A DNA stretch of 20,795 bases, taken from a candidate division WOR-3 bacterium (lineage in GTDB: Bacteria > Hydrothermota > Tepidihabitantia > Tepidihabitantales > Tepidihabitantaceae). Position 1 is the first letter of the stretch. Every line of letters starts with the position of its first letter. The notes beneath the pieces were generated by a model that was not told the origin of the DNA, ran no database searches, and saw only the letters and a program-made list of their open reading frames with translations. The stretch covers positions 18,476-39,270 of the forward strand of contig CBFGJX010000023.1 in the NCBI GenBank assembly GCA_965649225.1, written 5' to 3'. Position numbers and translations under genes: made by a program. Positions 15,610 through 20,795 of the stretch are shown in pieces.

Positions 15610-17406
15610 GTGCTCGACCGGTTAGTTTCGCTGCTGCTGCTCAGTGCTGTCTGCCTCGCCAAGTCATACTATCATCCCGAGATTGACATGACGGTATCTT
15701 TCAAGGCCGACGGCACCGTGCTGGTCAGCCAGCGACGAACCTATCATTTCGAGGGCCGGTTTTCCTGGGCCGACCTTGACCTGCTGACCGCCGGGGCTGA
15801 CAGCATCAGAATCTTCGCTCTGGCCGAGCTCACCGACTCTGGCCCCCACCCAATCCGCCCCGACGAGTACAGCGATCGTGGCACATCGGTCTATCTGCGC
15901 TGGTCCTACACCGCCGAAAACGAAACCCGGACCTTTCTGATTGACTACGCCATCTTCGGGGCAGTGAAAAAGCACCTCGATGTTGCCGAGTTTTACTGGA
16001 AGCTGGTCGAACACAGCCACGAACGCATTGACAGACTGACGATACGGCTGCTGCCGGCCTCGCCGTCGCCGGAACTGTTCAAGGTCTTCGTGCATGCAGC
16101 AAGCCGGCCCGGCCTTCTGTCGTTTTCTCCCGACTTCAGTCAGGCTGAAATCACCATGACCGGTGTCCCGAAGGACCGCTGGGTTGAACTGAGGGTGCTG
16201 CTCGATCCCCGCTCGTTTCCGCTGCTGGGCACGACCGGCCAGCGACGCTACCATGCCATTTTGGCAAATGAACGCGCCAACTACCGTCGCTCGCTTCTGC
16301 GCCGTTACTTCACCCTGCCCGTTGGCATACTCCTTATGACAGCAGTTCCTGTCCTGTTGCTGTTCATCTTCTATCGCCGCTTTGGTCGCGAACCGGATGT
16401 CGGTTACCACGCCGTCTACGAACACGACCCGCCCCGCCCGGCACCTCCGGCACTGATACCGGCAATCATGCAGCAGCACGCTGACGCAGGCACCATCAGC
16501 CTGTCGGAGCTCTATCAGTCGCTGTTTGCCGGCCTGATCGACCTCTGCCGACGCGGCTATGTCGAAGTGGCGGAACTGAAACAGCACCGGACAGTCGACT
16601 ACCAGTTTCGGCGTTTGCGCCCGTTTGACGATGCTGACGAAATTGACCAACTGGTGGCGGATTTCTTTTTCGGCACGGTCGGTGCTGACGGCAGTTTCAC
16701 GACCGCGGATATTCGCGACTGGGTCCGCCAGCACAGCGGCGAGCTCAAGCACCGCCTCACCGAACTGCGCCGGATTGCCCTTGGCTGGTGGAGCCGGGAA
16801 CTCAATACTGCTCTGGTCGAACCACGTTCAATTCGGGCATCCCGACGCTTCGGTGCAATCGCGGTCGTCTCTGTAGTCTCGGGCGCGCTGCTGTTCGCCG
16901 ACGGGCTGCGGGCAGTCGCCCCCGAGGCCCCACTGGCTTTCGTTTCCCTGATTGCCGGCCTGCCCAGTCTGGCACTGTTGTTGGCAGCCGGCAAATCGAT
17001 CCTGCGCTGGTCCGAGGCCGGCCGGCTGGAGAACCTCCGCTGGCGGGCATTCCGTCGTTTCCTGCGTGAATTCTCTGCCATCGAACAGGCACCAGTTGGC
17101 CTGCTGGCACTCTGGGAACACTACTATGTCTATGCCGCCGCTCTCGGGGTCGCTGAGCAGTTTATCAACAACATCGGCCGCTTCGCCGAACAGCAGGGCA
17201 CACCACTGCCAGCCCCGGCGTGGTTCGTACCCCTCAACCCGACGGCGGCGCAGCCGACCCTTGCTTTCAGCCTCAACTCGCTTGCCAGCTTCACCGCAAA
17301 TCTGGGCGGCATGGCAACTGCCCTGTCCGGCAGCTCCAGTTCCGGTGGCGGTTTCTCGGGTGGAGGGGGCGGGGGTGGCGGCGGTGGCAGCTCGGGTGCC
17401 GGCTAA
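15610..17406 (+). CDS. DUF2207 domain-containing membrane protein
   Basis: Signal peptide, DGTVLVSQRRTYHF, AEFYWKLV, three TM segments, WRAFRRFL...WEHYYVYAAALGV, and the characteristic C-terminal GGGFSGGGGGGGGGG tail. Confidence 0.9.
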   Translation: MLDRLVSLLLLSAVCLAKSYYHPEIDMTVSFKADGTVLVSQRRTYHFEGRFSWADLDLLTAGADSIRIFALAELTDSGPHPIRPDEYSDRGTSVYLRWSYTAENETRTFLIDYAIFGAVKKHLDVAEFYWKLVEHSHERIDRLTIRLLPASPSPELFKVFVHAASRPGLLSFSPDFSQAEITMTGVPKDRWVELRVLLDPRSFPLLGTTGQRRYHAILANERANYRRSLLRRYFTLPVGILLMTAVPVLLLFIFYRRFGREPDVGYHAVYEHDPPRPAPPALIPAIMQQHADAGTISLSELYQSLFAGLIDLCRRGYVEVAELKQHRTVDYQFRRLRPFDDADEIDQLVADFFFGTVGADGSFTTADIRDWVRQHSGELKHRLTELRRIALGWWSRELNTALVEPRSIRASRRFGAIAVVSVVSGALLFADGLRAVAPEAPLAFVSLIAGLPSLALLLAAGKSILRWSEAGRLENLRWRAFRRFLREFSAIEQAPVGLLALWEHYYVYAAALGVAEQFINNIGRFAEQQGTPLPAPAWFVPLNPTAAQPTLAFSLNSLASFTANLGGMATALSGSSSSGGGFSGGGGGGGGGGSSGAG

Positions 17407-18161
17407 TTTCGCCTCTGCCGGGGCTGCGAAAACAGACTGAAGCGGAGTTTCACGTACCGGTCTGGATTGGCTCTGATATCCTCAAGCAGCGACTTCAACT
17501 GTTGATTCGTCTGGCGCAGTTCATCGTAAAGTTCAGACGAACTTGCCAGTCTTCCTGCCGTTGACCCCGGTTCGACGATACTGTCCAAGCGGGTGGACAA
17601 CCGCTCGACCGCCTCCGCGACCCGCTCGACATTGCCGCTCAACCCCCCGGCCTGTGACCTGAGCATGCTTCCGAGTTCATCCTTCAGCGCTGCCAGCTGA
17701 ACAATCAGCCGTTCCGGGTTGAGCACTGCCAGCAGTGAATCCAGCCTCAAAAAGGTCTCCTCAAGATCCAGTGCCTCATTGCGGCCGTTGAAGACACGCC
17801 CCGGCGCTGCCGGCGGCCCGTCACCGGGATTCACCAGCAGATACCGGTCGCTGCCGAGGTAACTCATCGACCTGATTCCGAACTGAGCGTTGTCGGTCAG
17901 CACCACGTCGGGGTCAAGCGCAACAACGACCCGGACACGGCTGCCCTCGAGTCTGACGTCACGCACCCGGCCCTTCTCAATACCCAACACGTAGACCGGG
18001 TCTCCACGACGCAGTCCGGCAACACCGCTGAAATAAACTGCGACCAGTTGACGCTTCCTGCTTTCGATGCGACCAGAAAACCAGAAATAACCCAGAACCG
18101 CGGCGGCAAGCCCCCCAAGAATGAAGACGACGACCACAGCGTCACGAATACGCCCGTGCAT
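17403..18161 (-). CDS. mlaD: MlaD/MCE family protein
   Basis: N-terminal TM, MCE domain (FSGVAGLRRGDPVYVLGIEKGRV, LGSDRYLLVNPG), helical C-terminal region ending LLEDIRANPDRY; lies downstream of mlaEF. Confidence 0.88.
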   Translation of the reverse strand: MHGRIRDAVVVVFILGGLAAAVLGYFWFSGRIESRKRQLVAVYFSGVAGLRRGDPVYVLGIEKGRVRDVRLEGSRVRVVVALDPDVVLTDNAQFGIRSMSYLGSDRYLLVNPGDGPPAAPGRVFNGRNEALDLEETFLRLDSLLAVLNPERLIVQLAALKDELGSMLRSQAGGLSGNVERVAEAVERLSTRLDSIVEPGSTAGRLASSSELYDELRQTNQQLKSLLEDIRANPDRYVKLRFSLFSQPRQRRN

Positions 18162-18840
18162 AATCCTCCCTGCTGACCTTGTCGGCGCTTTCGAGCCGCC
18201 CGCCCCGCAGCAGATACAGGCGGGCGGCAGTAGCCCGCGCTACATCAAGGTCGTGGGTAACAATCACAACCGCTCGGCCCTGCTCGTCGCGCAACCGGCG
18301 CGCGATCCCGACGACCCTCTCGGTCATTGCCGGGTCGAGGCCGGTCGTCGGTTCATCAAAGAGATAGTAACGTGGTCTGGTCACCAGTGCCCGGGCAATG
18401 GCAACCAGCCTCGCCATCCCACCCGAGAGCTGTGCCGGGAACAGCCCGGCATTTTCGGCCATTTCCACCTCGGCCAGTGCCGCCTCGGCAGCCTGCCTCG
18501 CCTCCTGCGGGCTGACTCCCATCGCTTCCTCGAGCGGCAATGCGACGTTGTCAAGCACCGTCAGCGAGTCGAACAACGCCGCACTCTGAAACACAAATCC
18601 GATGCCACCGGTCAGCCTCCGATTGTCGGCAAATGGCCCGTAGGCCAACTGATTACCATCATAGAGCACCAGACCCGCATCCGGCCGGACCAGGCCGGCC
18701 ATCGTCCGCAGCAGAACTGACTTGCCGATACCCGAAGGCCCCAGAATCGCAACAATCTCACCATCTGCCACCCGCAGATTGACACCATTCAGCACCGCCA
18801 CGTTCCGGAGCCGTTTGACGATATCAACAAGCTCTATCAC
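18142..18840 (-). CDS. mlaF: ABC transporter ATP-binding protein, MlaF/Mkl family
   Basis: Walker A GPSGIGKS, FQSAALFDSLTV, signature LSGGM, Walker B FDEPTTGLDP, VTHD. The GTG start overlaps the mlaE stop (GTGA). Confidence 0.92.
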   Translation of the reverse strand: MIELVDIVKRLRNVAVLNGVNLRVADGEIVAILGPSGIGKSVLLRTMAGLVRPDAGLVLYDGNQLAYGPFADNRRLTGGIGFVFQSAALFDSLTVLDNVALPLEEAMGVSPQEARQAAEAALAEVEMAENAGLFPAQLSGGMARLVAIARALVTRPRYYLFDEPTTGLDPAMTERVVGIARRLRDEQGRAVVIVTHDLDVARATAARLYLLRGGRLESADKVSREDYARAYS

Positions 18841-19577
18841 GAGTGAAAAAACGCCAGCGCGACGACAAAGTCAACAATCAGTATCATCGTTGCACTGACA
18901 ACCACCGCCCGCGTGGTTGCCCGGCCGACACCTTCCGCCCCGCCGCTTACCCCAAAACCGAAGTAGCAACCGTTGACTCCAATCAGCAGTCCAAAAATCA
19001 GCGCCTTGACGAGACCGCCAACGAAGTCGGACAGCAGAAAAAAATGCGACATTCCGTACATGAAAGTCGAAGCCGGCACGCCGAGCGCAGCATCGGATAC
19101 CACCAGTGCGGTACCGATTGCCACCAGCTCCATTACCACCACCAGTACCGGCAGGCTGACAACTGCGGCCGCAATCCGCGGCAAACAGAGGTAGTTGAAT
19201 ACATCCACCCCCATCACTGTCAACGCATCAATCTGCTCTGAAACCCGCATCGAACCCAGCTCTGCTGCAATCGACGATGCCGTCCTGCCGGCAACAATGA
19301 AGCCGGCAAACACCGGCGCCAGTTCAATCAACACCAGCCGGCCGACGCCCATTCCAACAAAAAACTTCGGCACCACCCCCATCAACTGGTAGGTCGTCTG
19401 AACCGCGGTCGTCAAGCCGACAAAAACTGCCGCCAGCACGACAACCGGCAGTGCCGTCACCCCATGGTTCGTCAGCTGACCACTCAGCCGCACCAGTGTC
19501 CGTCGGGGCCGCCAGGGCGGCAGCAGGCAGCGAACTGCAAACAGCAGATAGTCGATTATCGGCCGCACAACTCCCAC
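18837..19577 (-). CDS. mlaE: ABC transporter permease, MlaE family
   Basis: ELAPV, GRTASSIAAELGSMRVSEQIDAL..MG, GGAEGVGRATTRAVV. Confidence 0.94.
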   Translation of the reverse strand: MGVVRPIIDYLLFAVRCLLPPWRPRRTLVRLSGQLTNHGVTALPVVVLAAVFVGLTTAVQTTYQLMGVVPKFFVGMGVGRLVLIELAPVFAGFIVAGRTASSIAAELGSMRVSEQIDALTVMGVDVFNYLCLPRIAAAVVSLPVLVVVMELVAIGTALVVSDAALGVPASTFMYGMSHFFLLSDFVGGLVKALIFGLLIGVNGCYFGFGVSGGAEGVGRATTRAVVVSATMILIVDFVVALAFFHS

Positions 19578-19661
19578 AATTTCAGCCTCAATCGGGCCCA
19601 GCCGGACTGATTACCCAGCAGCGCAGACGCATGCACCAACCCCGGTTGTCAACGTCAACAG

Positions 19662-20105
19662 TCACAGCGGCGGGCGAACCCTGACTCCGGCCTGCTCAAC
19701 AAACTCAGCGGCCAGTCCGTCGGGATACGGCTCCGCAACGACAAACTCTGTTATGCCGGCATTGATCAGCATCTTTGTGCAGGTCACACAAGGGGAGTGG
19801 GTGCAATACAACATTGCCCCTGATACGTTGATACCGAACAGCGCCGCCTGCACCAGCGCATTCTGTTCGGCATGGATACCCCGACATATTTCAATCCGCT
19901 CTGCTGCCGGTATTCCGAGTTTATCGCGCAGGCAGCCGGCCTCATCGCAATGCGGCAGGCCCCTTGCCGCTCCGTTGTAACCGGTACACAGCACCCGCTT
20001 GTCACGCACCAGCACCGCACCGACCCGACGACGCAGACAGGTCGAACGCTCGCTCACCAGTCGGGCGATGTCCATGAAGTACCGGTCCCAGCTCTTGCGT
20101 TTCAT
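19662..20105 (-). CDS. deoxycytidylate (dCMP) deaminase / ComEB family zinc deaminase
   Basis: [23 protein letters not shown], zinc ligands HAEQNA and PCVTC; GGAG SD upstream. Confidence 0.93.
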   Translation of the reverse strand: MKRKSWDRYFMDIARLVSERSTCLRRRVGAVLVRDKRVLCTGYNGAARGLPHCDEAGCLRDKLGIPAAERIEICRGIHAEQNALVQAALFGINVSGAMLYCTHSPCVTCTKMLINAGITEFVVAEPYPDGLAAEFVEQAGVRVRPPL

Positions 20106-20148
20106 CCGCTCCCGTCCCGCCGGCGGTGAAATTCAGCCCCGCGACGCC

Positions 20149-20795
20149 TCACTGGATCATTACCGCCTTCGCGACTCCGCCGCCGTTCTCGGTTGCGAGC
20201 CGAATCCAGTAAGTCCCCGGCGGAACACGACGGCCACGCTCGTCATCGCCATCCCAGACCGCCTGGCCCGACTGCAAGGAACGACCACCGGACGCCAGCC
20301 GGCGGACAAACCTGCCGGCATTATCATACACCACGATATCAACCCGGCCGGCGGCACCGGCGTGCCAGTTGATCTGCGCACGACCGCGCGCCGGACAGGC
20401 AACCGAAAGCCGCAACGCCGCCAATTCGGCTACCGGTACCTCGTTGATGGCCGTGGACTGACTGGTGGTGTACCTGATCGCGCGGCCGGGTCCGAGCGGC
20501 GCTGCGCCGCGATGATAGGTGCCATCAAACAGGCAGTTGATGCCGATGGCGCAGGTCGGGTCTTCGATCCCCACCGTCGCCGAGCCGAAGTCGTTGCCGC
20601 CGCGGTACTGCAGGAGTATCTCGTTGTCGCCGGTCGGCGTGGCAACCGTCGTGTCGTAGATGATGAACTGGCCGATGACATAGCTCGTGCGCGGGCTGTA
20701 CTTGCAGACCGAGTCGTATTCGATGATGAAGCGATGGTTGGTTGCATCGTGCCAGTACCACACCCCGCGCCCGGCCTGAGGATACAGGTCGTCCC
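20149..20795 (-). CDS. 3' end of a secreted protein with C-terminal FlgD Ig-like / T9SS type-A-like sorting domain (5'-partial)
   Basis: The frame is open to the window edge (DDLYPQAGRGVWYWHD...FIIEYDSV, GDNEILLQY, SATVGIED). After a linker comes VDIVVYDNAGRFVRRL...VWDGDDERGRRVPPGTYWIRL...AKAVMIQ, a FlgD-Ig/CTD-type terminus. Confidence 0.8.
   Translation of the reverse strand, partial: DDLYPQAGRGVWYWHDATNHRFIIEYDSVCKYSPRTSYVIGQFIIYDTTVATPTGDNEILLQYRGGNDFGSATVGIEDPTCAIGINCLFDGTYHRGAAPLGPGRAIRYTTSQSTAINEVPVAELAALRLSVACPARGRAQINWHAGAAGRVDIVVYDNAGRFVRRLASGGRSLQSGQAVWDGDDERGRRVPPGTYWIRLATENGGGVAKAVMIQ

Noticed and set aside
17340..17403. G-rich low-complexity tract (possible repeat or G-quadruplex)
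   Set aside because: It encodes the poly-Gly tail normal for DUF2207 proteins.
1..20795. CRISPR arrays, tRNA/rRNA genes, IS elements, integrases, reverse transcriptase or defence genes
   Set aside because: No regularly spaced repeats, cloverleafs or relevant protein motifs were seen on reading, and the intergenic spaces are mostly too short.

Overview
GC-rich, gene-dense bacterial chromosomal window with no rRNA, tRNA, CRISPR or mobile element visible. The gene set suggests a diderm of the FCB group, most like candidate division WOR-3. That is an inference from a PorU-like C25 protein, a FlgD/T9SS-type C-terminal domain and a WD40-Omp85. From the right end, minus strand: the 3' end of a secreted protein with a FlgD-Ig/T9SS-like C-terminal domain, a dCMP deaminase, and mlaE-mlaF-mlaD. 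Next is a plus-strand DUF2207 gene divergent from a minus-strand GT-C-type membrane glycosyltransferase, then a plus-strand DinG/YoaA helicase. The helicase is divergent from a long minus-strand run: ogt, MBL-fold hydrolase, ino1, tmk, S41 protease, mutM, an asparaginase-2-family protein, a zincin-WD40-Omp85, a lipoprotein and a PorU-like C25 protein that runs off the left edge and is missing from the ORF track. The most interesting signals are: (1) a lipoprotein that appears to fuse a LolA/LppX-like fold to a SecD P1-like domain with no transmembrane helices, between the Omp85 and the PorU-like gene; (2) an asparaginase-2-family Ntn hydrolase with Ser in place of the Thr nucleophile and Taspase1-like substitutions, apparently translationally coupled to the Omp85 gene; (3) five sigma70-like promoters, four with 16-nt spacers, ending 7-10 nt before start codons with no Shine-Dalgarno (SD) site, which points to leaderless transcription. 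All family assignments come from motif recognition by eye; no database search was run.
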